DNA of 64,000 nt. Source: Deltaproteobacteria bacterium (GTDB lineage Bacteria; Desulfobacterota; Deferrimicrobia; Deferrimicrobiales; Deferrimicrobiaceae). Shown in pieces: positions 1-8,765 of the stretch (positions within the stretch are counted from its first letter, which is position 1; each line of letters begins with the position of its first letter). The translations under genes were made by a program, and so were the position numbers. Under the pieces are notes generated by a model. That model ran no database searches. It had not been told where the DNA came from and worked only from the letters and a program-made list of their open reading frames with translations. The stretch lies in contig JBBIVQ010000003.1 in NCBI GenBank assembly GCA_037439645.1, positions 3,879 to 67,878 on the forward strand, read 5' to 3'.

Positions 1-799
1 CGAGGACCGACGTCCGGGAGAGTCCCGAGGCGATGACGACGGGAACCCCGGAGCCCGACAGGACCCTGGCCGCCTGGATCTTCGACGCCATTCCCCCGGT
101 TCCCTCCGCGGAGGTGCGCCGGCCGACGGCGGCGCGGATCGCCTCGTCGTCGATGTCCCGCACGACCGGGATGCGGCGGGCGTCGGGATGCCGATGGGGA
201 TCCTTCGTGAAGAGCCCGTCGCTGTCGGTGAGCAGGATCAGCAGCTCGGCCCCGATCATCTGGGTCACCAGTGTCGCCAGATGGTCGTTCGCTCCCCCTC
301 CGCCTCCCTCGAGGCGGATCTCCTCGGTGGCCACCGTGTCGTTCTCGTTGACGATCGGGACGATCCCCCGGGAGAGCAGGGCGAGAAGCGTGTTTCTCGC
401 GTTGACGTACCGCTCCCGGTCCTCGAAATCCTCGTGGGTGAGGAGCAACTGCGCCACGTGTCGGCCGCGCTTCTCGAACGCCCGCTCGTACGCCCGCATC
501 AGGGAGGTTTGCCCCACGGCGGCCGCCGCCTGCTTGAGCGCCACCGTCCGGGGACGCTCCACCATCCCGAGCTTCTTCCTCCCCGCGGCGATCGCCCCGG
601 AGGTGACCACGACGAAGGAAACGCCCGACGCCGTCCAGGCGGAGGAAAGCTGCGAGGCGAGGGCGCGGAGGGTCGGCTCCCGCAGCCCCTTTTCGGGGTC
701 GGTCACCGTGCCGCTCCCCAGCTTGACGACGACCCGACGGATCCCGGAGAACCGGGTCCCGGCCTTCCCGCGCTTCGCCGCGATCCCGTCAGGCGACAT
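1..799 (-). CDS. proB: Glutamate 5-kinase (N-terminal part; C-terminus runs off the window start)
   Basis: Own reverse-complement translation from the ATG at 797-799 gives MSPDGIAAK...VVVKLGSGTVTD...VVTSGAIAAGRKKLG...IVPIVNENDTVATEEI..., the ProB amino-acid kinase signature. It sits immediately downstream of obg, the conserved obg-proB arrangement. It is absent from the ORF track because no stop falls in the window. The start overlaps the obg stop by ~11 nt, so the exact start is uncertain. Confidence 0.8.
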   Translation of the reverse strand, partial: MSPDGIAAKRGKAGTRFSGIRRVVVKLGSGTVTDPEKGLREPTLRALASQLSSAWTASGVSFVVVTSGAIAAGRKKLGMVERPRTVALKQAAAAVGQTSLMRAYERAFEKRGRHVAQLLLTHEDFEDRERYVNARNTLLALLSRGIVPIVNENDTVATEEIRLEGGGGGANDHLATLVTQMIGAELLILLTDSDGLFTKDPHRHPDARRIPVVRDIDDEAIRAAVGRRTSAEGTGGMASKIQAARVLSGSGVPVVIASGLSRTSVL

Positions 800-1796
800 T
801 CGGCTGCCTCTTTCTCAGCTCCAGCATCGCGTCGAGCAGGGGTCCGATCCCCTCCCCGGTGGCCGCGGAAATGAAATGGACCTCCTCCGGGGAGTGCCCG
901 ATCTCCGGCAGCGCGCGCTCCGCGTTTTCCCGGGCTCCGGTCAGGTCCATCTTGGTGAACGCGAGCAGTGTGGGACGGGCCGCGAGGCCGGGGCCGAACT
1001 TCTCCATCTCGTCGCGGATGGTGCGATACGCCGCGACGATCCGGTCCGGATCCTGCGCCGCGTCGAGCAGATGGATCAACCCTTCCGTGCGCTCCGCGTG
1101 TTTCAGGAACCGGTGCCCAAGGCCGACCCCCCGGTGCGCGCCTTCGACCAGGCCGGGCAGGTCGGCGACGATGATCTCCTCGTCCCGATGCGAAACCACT
1201 CCGAGGACGGGGGAGAGGGTCGTGAACGGATAGTCCGCGATCTTCGGCCGGGCCCGGGAGATCCGCGAGAGGAGCGTCGATTTCCCGGCGTTCGGGAGCC
1301 CGATGAGCCCGATCTCCGCGATCAGTTTCAGGACGAGCCGCAGGCGCCGCTCCCGGCCGGGTCCCCCCGGCTCCGCCTGGTCGGGCGCCTGGTTCACGGG
1401 GGAGGTGAAGGCCGAGTTGCCGCGGCCCCCGCGCCCTCCCTTTGCGACGAGGAGCGTTTCCCCCGGCCGTGTGAGGTCGCCGAGGAGTTCCCCGGTGTCC
1501 GCGTCGCCGACGATCGTTCCGGGGGGGACGGCGATCCGGCGGTCGGGGGCTCCCTTCCCGTGCATGTTCTTTCCCATGCCGTGCCGGCCGCGCGCCGCCT
1601 TGAAGAGGTTCCTGTACCGGAAGTCGAGCAGGGTGGAGAGGCTCGGGTTCACCTCGAGGAGGACGCTGCCGCCGTTCCCCCCGTTGCCGCCGTCGGGGCC
1701 GCCGCGCGGGACGAACTTCTCCCGCCGGAAACTGACGCAGCCCCGGCCACCGTCCCCGGATCGGACGGTGATCGTGGCTTCATCGATGAAGTGCAT
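789..1796 (-). CDS. obg: GTPase Obg/CgtA
   Basis: 335 aa. Starts MHFIDEATITVRSGDGGRGCVSFRREKFVPRGGPDGGNGGNGG (Obg N-terminal glycine-rich fold), followed by a GTPase core (GLIGLPNAGKSTLL, DLPGLVEGA). Confidence 0.95.
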   Translation of the reverse strand: MHFIDEATITVRSGDGGRGCVSFRREKFVPRGGPDGGNGGNGGSVLLEVNPSLSTLLDFRYRNLFKAARGRHGMGKNMHGKGAPDRRIAVPPGTIVGDADTGELLGDLTRPGETLLVAKGGRGGRGNSAFTSPVNQAPDQAEPGGPGRERRLRLVLKLIAEIGLIGLPNAGKSTLLSRISRARPKIADYPFTTLSPVLGVVSHRDEEIIVADLPGLVEGAHRGVGLGHRFLKHAERTEGLIHLLDAAQDPDRIVAAYRTIRDEMEKFGPGLAARPTLLAFTKMDLTGARENAERALPEIGHSPEEVHFISAATGEGIGPLLDAMLELRKRQPNVA

Positions 1797-1808
1797 GAAC
1801 GGGGGGCG

Positions 1809-2066
1809 CTACGAGGCGGAGAGGACGGAAACCCTCTTGCGGTCTTTTCCCATCCGGTCGAACCGGACCACCCCGTCGACCAGCGCGAAAAGGGTGTGAT
1901 CCTTCCCGATCCCGACGTTGTCCCCCGGGTGGATCGCCGTTCCGCGCTGGCGGATGATGATGCACCCGGCGGAGACGGACTGGCCTCCGAACCGTTTCAC
2001 GCCGAGCCGCTTGCTCTGGCTGTCCCGCCCGTTTCTCGAACTGCCGACGCCCTTTTTGTGCGCCAT
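1809..2066 (-). CDS. rpmA: 50S ribosomal protein L27
   Basis: 85 aa. [28 protein letters not shown] is the classic L27 N-terminus. Confidence 0.95.
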   Translation of the reverse strand: MAHKKGVGSSRNGRDSQSKRLGVKRFGGQSVSAGCIIIRQRGTAIHPGDNVGIGKDHTLFALVDGVVRFDRMGKDRKRVSVLSAS

Positions 2067-2091
2067 GGTCTCCTGGCCCCTTCTCCCCGGG

Positions 2092-2406
2092 TCAACCGAC
2101 CCGGATTTCGGTCACGGAAAGCGTGGTGAACGGCTGGCGGTGCCCCTGTTTCTTCGAGAAGCCCTTCCGCCGCTTGTACTTGTAGATGGTGATCTTCTTC
2201 CCCTTGCCGTCGCGGACCGCCGTGCAGATCACGGAGGCGCCCTGGACGATGGGAGTCCCGATGGTGGTTCCCTGGTCGGTGGATACCATCAGGACGTCGT
2301 TGAGTTCGACGGTCGAGCCCGGCTCGGCCGAAAGCTTCTCCACGTTGACGACATCGCCCGGGGAGACGCGGAGCTGCTTCCCCCCGGTGCGGACGACGGC
2401 GTACAT
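2092..2406 (-). CDS. rplU: 50S ribosomal protein L21
   Basis: 104 aa. [25 protein letters not shown]... is L21. This is the conserved rplU-rpmA-obg operon. Confidence 0.95.
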   Translation of the reverse strand: MYAVVRTGGKQLRVSPGDVVNVEKLSAEPGSTVELNDVLMVSTDQGTTIGTPIVQGASVICTAVRDGKGKKITIYKYKRRKGFSKKQGHRQPFTTLSVTEIRVG

Positions 2407-2586
2407 AGGACATTGCCCTCCGTGCGGTTCGATAAGAACAAATTACTATAGGGAAAGAGGGTGCCTCTGTCAACGTCGAATATCGCTTCGGCAAACCGGC
2501 CGTGCCCCGGAACGTCCCGAACCGGAAGGTTATATACTACAGCGGAACGGGCCGCGCCGGAAGGCGGGCGGAGGAGGACGGGGATC

Positions 2587-3582
2587 GTGACGGACGTGGT
2601 CATCGCCGGGGGGGGACCGGCCGGGATCCTCCTTGCGCATCGATTCCGGGAGCACGGAATTTCGCACAAGGTCCTCGAGCGGGGGAAGGTCGGGCAGGCG
2701 TGGCGCGACATGCGTCCGGGGATGGTCCTGCTCTCCCCGGGTGTCCCCGGGACCGACTGGACCTCCCTGACCCTCGATCACCCGATCTGGGCTACCCCCG
2801 GCGTGCGGCGGCCCTTCCCGACCCGCGAGGATTTCCTCTGCTACGTGGACGCCTTCGCGCGCGACCGGGGCGTGGAGGTCTCCGAGCGCACCGAGGCCGT
2901 CGGCGCGCGGAGGACGGCGGGGGGGTTCACCGTCTCGGTGAGCGGGGGAGGCGAGATCCCCTGCAGGTTCCTCGTGATCGCCACCGGAAGCGCGTCCGTC
3001 CCCCGCTACCCGGAGATCCCCGGGATCGCGGGCAACCGTCGCGTCCTGCACTCGGGCGACTTCCTCAACTGCACGGCGTACGACGGGAAGCGGGTCCTCG
3101 TGATCGGCGGCGGGAACTCCGCCGCGGAGCTTTGCATCGAGCTCGCCGGGACCGCGCGCACCACGTTGTGCACCCGCGCTCCGCTGCGCTACTTCAGCGA
3201 CACCGGGGAGCTGGATCATATCCGCGGGACGTCGGAGAGCGTCCTGAAGGAGCTGTTCCGCTTCGGGATCCTCTCCCTGCGCGAGGCGGACCCGGTCGTC
3301 TCCCTGTCGGACGGAACGGCGGCGTTCGCCACCGGGGCGCGGGAAACGTTCGATTGCGTCGTCTGCGCCACCGGGTATCGCCCCCGCTGGATCCCGGTCG
3401 AAGGCGGAACGGTCGACGTCGTGGAGAAAGGGTATCCCCGGATCTCCCCGGTCGGGGAGTCGAGCGTGCCGGGCCTCTACTTCTGCGGGTCGCTCGCGAT
3501 GTTCACCCCCCGCTGCACCTTCATCCACGGATTCCGCAACTACGTCGAAAAGGTGTTCTGGGACATCGCCGACCGGCTGTAG
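2587..3582 (+). CDS. FAD/NAD(P)-binding oxidoreductase (flavin-monooxygenase / pyridine-nucleotide-disulfide oxidoreductase-like)
   Basis: VIAGGGPAGI dinucleotide-binding motif, a second Rossmann motif VLVIGGGNSAAE, and ATGY near the C-terminus. The proposed start is the GTG at 2587, preceded by GGAGGAGG. The ORF-track start at 2461 would add a non-homologous leader. It is divergent from rplU across an AT-richer region. Confidence 0.7.
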   Translation: MTDVVIAGGGPAGILLAHRFREHGISHKVLERGKVGQAWRDMRPGMVLLSPGVPGTDWTSLTLDHPIWATPGVRRPFPTREDFLCYVDAFARDRGVEVSERTEAVGARRTAGGFTVSVSGGGEIPCRFLVIATGSASVPRYPEIPGIAGNRRVLHSGDFLNCTAYDGKRVLVIGGGNSAAELCIELAGTARTTLCTRAPLRYFSDTGELDHIRGTSESVLKELFRFGILSLREADPVVSLSDGTAAFATGARETFDCVVCATGYRPRWIPVEGGTVDVVEKGYPRISPVGESSVPGLYFCGSLAMFTPRCTFIHGFRNYVEKVFWDIADRL

Positions 3583-3584
3583 AG

Positions 3585-5113
3585 TCACCCGAATCCGGAC
3601 AGGCGGTACTGCAGGGCTTCCGCGGCGTGGGGAAGCCCCACCCTGCGCTCGGAGGCGAGGTCGGCGATCGTGCGCGCCACGCGGCACGCCTTCCCGATCG
3701 CCCTGCCCGACAGGGAGAGGCGTTCCGCCGCCCGCGTGAGGAACGCGACCGCTTCGGGCGTGAGTTCCCGCAACAGGTCCGCCGTTCCGGAGCGGACGGT
3801 TCCGTTCGCCCGGCATGCCCGCCCCGCGTACCGCGTTTCCTGGGCCGCCCGGCACGCTTCGACCCGGCGCCGGACCTCCGCGGACGATTCTCCGCGCGCT
3901 TCGCCGGACCACGACTCGACCGCGACCGGCTCCACGGAAACCGCGAGGTCGATCCGGTCGAGGAGCGGGCCCGAGAACTTTCTCGAGAAGCGGTCCAGAA
4001 GCGGGGGCGTGCACCGGCACATCTTCCGGGGGTGGCCCGCGTTTCCGCACGGGCAAGGGTTCGTCGCCGCCAGGAGCAGGAACCGGCACGGGAACCTGTA
4101 CCGGTGGCCGGACCGGGAGATCCGGATCTCCCCGGATTCGAGCGGCTGGCGGAGCGCCTCCCGGACCTCGGGGCGGAATTCGGAGAATTCGTCGAGGAAG
4201 AGGACGCCGCAGTGGGCGAAGGAGATCTCTCCCGGGCGCGGCGGGATCCCTCCGCCGAGGAGACCGGCGGCGGTGATCGACGGGTGGGGGGCACGAAACG
4301 GCCGCCGCAGGAGCGGGCGGGGCCAGGGCGGTTCCCCGGACGCTCCGTAGATCCGGGTGGCGTCGAGCGCCTCCGACGCCGAGAGGTCGGGGAGGATCCC
4401 GGGGAGGCGCTCCGCCAGCATCGTCTTTCCGCACCCCGGCGGCCCGACGAAGAGCATCGCGTGGGACCCCGCCGCGGCGATCTCGAGGGCCCGGCGCGCG
4501 ACCGGTTGACCGACCACGTCCGAAAGATCCGGGACCGCCTCGGGGGCGGTGGGGCCGCCGTCCCTCGACGCACCGTTCCCGGGATCGACTCCGGCGGCGT
4601 CGCCGGGAAGATCCCCGCCCGTGAGGACGGCCGCCGCGTCCCGGAGGGAACGGACCGCCACGACACGGACACCGGGCACCAGGCGGGCCTCCTCCCGGTT
4701 GTCGAAGGGGGTGATGACGCCGGGGATCCCGAGGTCCCGCGCAAGGATCGACTGCGCGAGCGCCCCCCGGATCGGCCGGACCGTGCCGTCGAGGGAGAGT
4801 TCCCCCGCGATGACCCACCCGGCCAGCGCCTCTCCCGGCAGGATTCCTTCGGCGGACAGTACCGACAGGGCGATCGGCAGGTCGAGAAGGGAACCGTCCT
4901 TCCGCAGATCGGCCGGTGCGAGATTGACGGTGACCTTCCGGTTCGGAAAAGGGAGTCCGGAATTGCGCACGGCGGCCCGGATCCGGTCGTCGCTTTCCCG
5001 TACCGCGCTTCCAGGGAGGCCCACGACCGTGTAGGAGGGCAACCCGTGGGCGATGTCGGTTTCCACCTCCACGGGAACCGCGTCGATCCCGAGCACGGCG
5101 AAGGACAGGGCGC
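3585..5113 (-). CDS. yifB: Mg-chelatase-like AAA+ protein YifB/ComM
   Basis: The C-terminal ~500 aa of the 944-aa track ORF matches the YifB/ComM family (LGIDAVPVEVETDI..., LFVGPPGCGKTMLA Walker A, LFLDEFSEF, LLAATNPCPCG). The upper part of that ORF (5114-6419) lies in the shadow frame of the real HEAT-repeat gene. The start is therefore placed at the TTG at 5111-5113 (LLVRALSFAVLGIDA). Confidence 0.8.
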
Positions 5114-5232
5114 GGACGAGCAAGGGGAAGAACCTCCCGGGTGGGGTTTGTTCCGGCCACGCGGAACGAATGTGCGGGAGAATGGAGCAATGAACATGCC
5201 GGAGGGACGCTGGTGCCGGATTGAGGTTGGAG

Positions 5233-5277
5233 GGCAGGGGACACACCTTCCCGCAGTGGGAGGACACTCCTTCCCTT
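5233..5277 (-). repeat. Module-B repeat, ~1.8 copies of the 23-nt unit gggaaggagtgtcctcccactgc, inverted orientation
   Basis: 5251-5275 ccgcagtgggaggacactccttccc is the exact reverse complement of the unit tandemly repeated at 20008-20060. 5231-5250 is a degenerate second copy. Confidence 0.75.
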
Positions 5278-5293
5278 GATCCCGGGGTTACCC

Positions 5294-5367
5294 CAGGAAT
5301 ATCCCCCCCTGGCAGGCATGTCCCCTGAAAGCGCCTGCACCTTACAGGGAGTTTTTCCTGCCGTACC
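5294..5367 (+). repeat. Module-A structured repeat (~75 nt), copy 1
   Basis: caggaatatccccccctGGCAGGCatgtcccctgaaagcGCCTGCaccttacagggagtttttCCTGCCgta. It is ~80% identical to 47707-47782 and, as reverse complement, to 23933-23995. It has nested stems (GGCAGG/CCTGCC outer, CAGGC/GCCTG inner) and is locally AT-richer than the genome. Confidence 0.75.
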
Positions 5368-5422
5368 CTTCGCCGCAAAGATCCATCGGTGGCTTGTGTC
5401 GCGGTGCGGCGGGGGAAGTCGA

Positions 5423-6409
5423 TTACCGGTCGTCGATCGTGTAGAAGAACCCTTCGGGACGCGTCTTGTAGCCGAGCCTCTCGAGCGACTGGCGGGAGAA
5501 TTCCCGGATCCCGCGCGACGGGTCCTTCAGGAAATTCACGAGCCGGGCGATTTCTCCGGAGGCCCGCACCGGGCGCGCCTCGCGAGGACGCGCCATGACC
5601 CCGGAGAACCAGGTACGCAATGCGAGGAACCGGATCGAAGGCTCGGCGTCCTCCAGACCCGCTTCGACCCATCGGCTGCTGTCGGCCCGGACAAGCCCCT
5701 GATACGCCTCGAACCGCATCTCGGCGTCGCCTTTCTCCCTCCACAGCGATTCGAAGAGATCCCGGGAGGGAACGGGGGAGATCTCCGCGAGCGCACGGAC
5801 GGCCCGGGACCGAACCGCCGGGGAGCGGTCCTCTCGCGCCGAAGTCGTCAGGATCGGCGCGGCTTCGGTCGCCCGGAGGCGGGAGAGGGCCTCCACCGCG
5901 AGGGAACGGACCTCCGGTGAAGGGTCGGTGGCCGCCGAGAACATCAGGCTCCCGATGGCGTTCCGGGCGCCGAGTTTGCCGAGCGCGCGCGCGCACTCCG
6001 CGCGCACCATCGGATCCGGATCTTTCCGCAGGGGAGCGGCGAGGCGGTCGATCCGGTCCGGCTGGATGCCGAGCGTTCCGATGGCGTCGGCCGCGGCCCT
6101 CCGAACGCGCGCCGAAGGGTCCGAGGCGAGCCGATCGAGGTACAGCATCCGGGCACCGGTGTCCCGAAGCAGGGTCAGGGCCCCGAGGGCGCGGGCGCGC
6201 ACCTTCTCGTCCACGTCCTTCGACGCCCATGTCCGAAGGGTCGGGATCGAACCCGGGTCCCTTTCCCACATGCTCCGCTCGATTCCCGACAGGCGCTCCG
6301 CCAGGGACACGGTCCCGTTGCCGTCGGCGGAGGGAGGCGCCGATGAAGCGAACACGGAACCGGCCACGGGAAACGCAAGCGAAAATGCAAGGAGGACGAG
6401 GGGTCTCAT
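5423..6409 (-). CDS. HEAT-repeat (PBS-lyase HEAT-like) protein, secreted
   Basis: 328 aa. N-terminal signal peptide MRPLVLLAFSLAFPVAGSVFA. Repeated D/EPSxxVRxxAxxALG HEAT-like motifs. Its start overlaps the tonB-like stop by 8 nt. Confidence 0.8.
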   Translation of the reverse strand: MRPLVLLAFSLAFPVAGSVFASSAPPSADGNGTVSLAERLSGIERSMWERDPGSIPTLRTWASKDVDEKVRARALGALTLLRDTGARMLYLDRLASDPSARVRRAAADAIGTLGIQPDRIDRLAAPLRKDPDPMVRAECARALGKLGARNAIGSLMFSAATDPSPEVRSLAVEALSRLRATEAAPILTTSAREDRSPAVRSRAVRALAEISPVPSRDLFESLWREKGDAEMRFEAYQGLVRADSSRWVEAGLEDAEPSIRFLALRTWFSGVMARPREARPVRASGEIARLVNFLKDPSRGIREFSRQSLERLGYKTRPEGFFYTIDDR

Positions 6410-6415
6410 CGGGAT

Positions 6416-7321
6416 TCACATCTCGGGGTGGAAAACGAACGGAAAGACGACCCGGACGGGGCCCCCCGTGCCGCGCGCGAACTTCCAGTGCTGCATCCTC
6501 TTCTTCACCGCGAGGTCGAGAGGAGGCCAGTTGAGCGTGCTTTGCCGGACCTCGACCGATTCGACGGTTCCGTCCGGGCGGATCACGAAGGAGACGAGCA
6601 TGTTTCCGCTCAGGTTCGGGTTCGCGAGCAATTCCTTGTTGTAAGCGTACTTGATCCCGCCCTGGTACTGCTTCACGGTGGCGGCGATCGATTGGAACGA
6701 ACGGGATGGTTCATCGGAGGCGCCGGCGACCTCCGCCTCCAGCCCGGTGTCGGTCTTGAAGGTCCGGGAGGTCATCTCCTTGGAGACCCTGGCCGCCGTC
6801 GCGACTTCCCGATCGATCCCCGGGTTCTTCGCCTTCCCGCCTTCGGATACCGGGCGGGGTGCGTAGTCCCCCGGATGAGGGGTTGCGCGGGGCGGGGCGG
6901 GGCGCAAATCGCCGGGAACCCGGATCTCCGGAAGCGGATCCGCACCCCCCTTACCTCCGAACATCTTCAACAGGCCCCGGGACGCCACTTTTTCCCGGAT
7001 CGCCTCCCGGGTCGGAACGGCGGACGCCTCCGGGGGGGCGGTATCCCTCGTCGACGCGACCGGGCGCGGGGGAGGAGGTGGAACCGCTTCCGGGACGCGG
7101 ACCGGGACCTCCGGAATCTTCGGCGCCTCCTCCCTGGGCATCTCGGCGATGTCGATCTGGACGATCCGCTCTCCCGTGGCGACCCGGCTCTGCCAGTACG
7201 GGCTGCTGAGCAGCATCAGGACGTGGAGCAGGATCGACAGGCCGACCGCCGCGCGCAGGAACCGCGGGACCCGATGCTCCTGGAGGAGAAGGATCCCGTC
7301 CGGGTGGAGATCCAGGTTCAC
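6416..7321 (-). CDS. TonB-family protein (Pro-rich linker plus TonB C-terminal domain)
   Basis: 301 aa. N-terminal TM segment, Pro-rich stretch EAVPPPPPRPV, and a C-terminal TonB_C-like domain (LSGNMLVSFVIRPDGTVESVEV...). No exbB/exbD is adjacent. Confidence 0.75.
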   Translation of the reverse strand: MNLDLHPDGILLLQEHRVPRFLRAAVGLSILLHVLMLLSSPYWQSRVATGERIVQIDIAEMPREEAPKIPEVPVRVPEAVPPPPPRPVASTRDTAPPEASAVPTREAIREKVASRGLLKMFGGKGGADPLPEIRVPGDLRPAPPRATPHPGDYAPRPVSEGGKAKNPGIDREVATAARVSKEMTSRTFKTDTGLEAEVAGASDEPSRSFQSIAATVKQYQGGIKYAYNKELLANPNLSGNMLVSFVIRPDGTVESVEVRQSTLNWPPLDLAVKKRMQHWKFARGTGGPVRVVFPFVFHPEM

Positions 7322-7629
7322 CGGCCGGGCGCTCCCTTTACCGGACCGTTCGGAGGGAGGGGACCCGTTCCGTTCCCTTCCGTCCGTAGGGGCAACAGGT
7401 GGAAGCGGGCGCGGGGGAGGAAGAAAAGAACCCCCGGGTGCTCGGGAGTGCCGGTGATCCGCACTTCATCGAGGCGGACGGCGCTTTTCCCGGTTCGCGC
7501 CGCGGCGGGCGCGGCGGTCTCTCCGCCCTGCTTCGTCGGGACCTCCCCGGGCGGAGATCCGGCGGCGGAGATCGATCCGGGAAGAAGGATCAGCGCGGCG
7601 AAGAGGATTTTCTCAACCATTCTACCCAC
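7318..7629 (-). CDS. Small secreted hypothetical protein
   Basis: 103 aa. Signal-peptide-like KILFAALILLPGSISAAG. ATGA overlap with the tonB-like start. The start could be the internal ATG at 7620. Its start lies in an AT-rich island. Confidence 0.5.
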   Translation of the reverse strand: MGRMVEKILFAALILLPGSISAAGSPPGEVPTKQGGETAAPAAARTGKSAVRLDEVRITGTPEHPGVLFFLPRARFHLLPLRTEGNGTGPLPPNGPVKGAPGR

Positions 7630-8765
7630 TTGGATACCTCGGATTTTCTCGCTCCATTCAATTTACCATATCTCTCGTAGCATGAGAGTGCCCCGGGGAC
7701 ATCCCCGAGGTACTCTTCGCGGAAGATCCCGAGGTTCAGCCATCCCTCGGGAAGATCCGGCGCCTCGACGACGGTCCGTTCCAGCAAGGAGGTCGCCTCC
7801 TTCCACCTCCCCGCTTCGGCGAGGACGATCCCCAGGTTGTTCGTGTACTCCCCGGGACGGGACTCCCCGGCGGCTCCCTCGGCGAGAAGGGCGGCCGATC
7901 CCGCCAGGTCCCCCTTCATCCACGCCCGGTAGGCGGCGAGATTCCGGGACAGGAGCAGGTAACGCGGTTCGGCGGACCTCTTCCCGTCGAGCGGCGGGAC
8001 CTTCGAGGCGTCGCGCTCCCACGCGGTCCGGGAGGCGACGACCGGCCAGAGGGCTGCGACCGAAGGGGGAACGGACGAGGAGTATCTCCGCGCGTCCTCC
8101 ACGTTCCCCTTGCGATAGGCGAGCAGCGCGCGGGTCCACGGAAGGGCGGCGGTCGCGCTTCCCTTTTCCATGATCGATCGGTACAAGGTTTCCGCCTCGT
8201 CGAGCCGCGAAAGATCGACGAGCGCGGCCACGAGGTTCGACGAGAGTTCCGGCAATCGTTCCCCGGATCGTGCACCGTCGGCCCGATCCGCGGCACCGGC
8301 GAAGGTCCGCAACGTCTCCCGGTCTCCCCGCAGCAAGGCGATACCGAGCAGATTGGCCGCGGCCGGTTGCGATCGCAGCGGCGGCGCGGCGGCGCGGCGG
8401 TACAGTTCCACGGCACGATCGGTGTCCCCGGAAAGTTGGAGAAGGACACCCTGGTTGAACACCGATTCGGCGGCGAAGGGGGATTTCTCGAGGGCGGCCC
8501 AGAGCGGAACCGCCTTCCGTCCTTCCCCCGCCGCCAGCAGTTCCCGGGTCCGCGACACGGCGTCGCGGTAGAGTTTCGATGGATCGGGACCCGGGGCAGG
8601 GCCGGGATGGGGGGGCGCCTCTCCCGGAGCTTTCGCGGGGAGAATCGCCTTCGCGACTCCTGACGGCGGGGCGGGCAGGAGAACGGTCGAACGGGGGGCG
8701 CACCCCGGGAGGAGGAGCGCGGCCCCGAGGAAGAGCGACGGAAGAACGGGTATGCGGTTTCTCAT
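7590..8765 (-). CDS. TPR-repeat lipoprotein
   Basis: 391 aa. Lipobox LLLPGCAP after a signal peptide. TPR-like helical repeats. ATGA/GTGA-style overlaps with both neighbours. The 3' ~100 nt of the ORF are unusually AT-rich. Confidence 0.7.
   Translation of the reverse strand: MRNRIPVLPSLFLGAALLLPGCAPRSTVLLPAPPSGVAKAILPAKAPGEAPPHPGPAPGPDPSKLYRDAVSRTRELLAAGEGRKAVPLWAALEKSPFAAESVFNQGVLLQLSGDTDRAVELYRRAAAPPLRSQPAAANLLGIALLRGDRETLRTFAGAADRADGARSGERLPELSSNLVAALVDLSRLDEAETLYRSIMEKGSATAALPWTRALLAYRKGNVEDARRYSSSVPPSVAALWPVVASRTAWERDASKVPPLDGKRSAEPRYLLLSRNLAAYRAWMKGDLAGSAALLAEGAAGESRPGEYTNNLGIVLAEAGRWKEATSLLERTVVEAPDLPEGWLNLGIFREEYLGDVPGALSCYERYGKLNGARKSEVSKWVEWLRKSSSPR

Noticed and set aside
33-2129. 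698-aa plus-strand ORF at the window start
   Set aside because: It is antisense to proB, obg, rpmA and rplU, which all have unmistakable signatures.
2502-5340. Very long ORFs on both strands (925 aa plus-strand, 936 aa and 558 aa minus-strand) overlapping the oxidoreductase and yifB
   Set aside because: Translations are Arg/Gly/Pro-rich low-complexity strings typical of shadow frames in 70% GC DNA. The recognisable YifB/ComM and flavoprotein sequences occupy the other frames.
3585-6419. Reading the whole 944-aa ORF as one protein
   Set aside because: Only the C-terminal ~509 aa are YifB-like. The N-terminal part overlaps, in another frame, a well-formed HEAT-repeat gene with a signal peptide.
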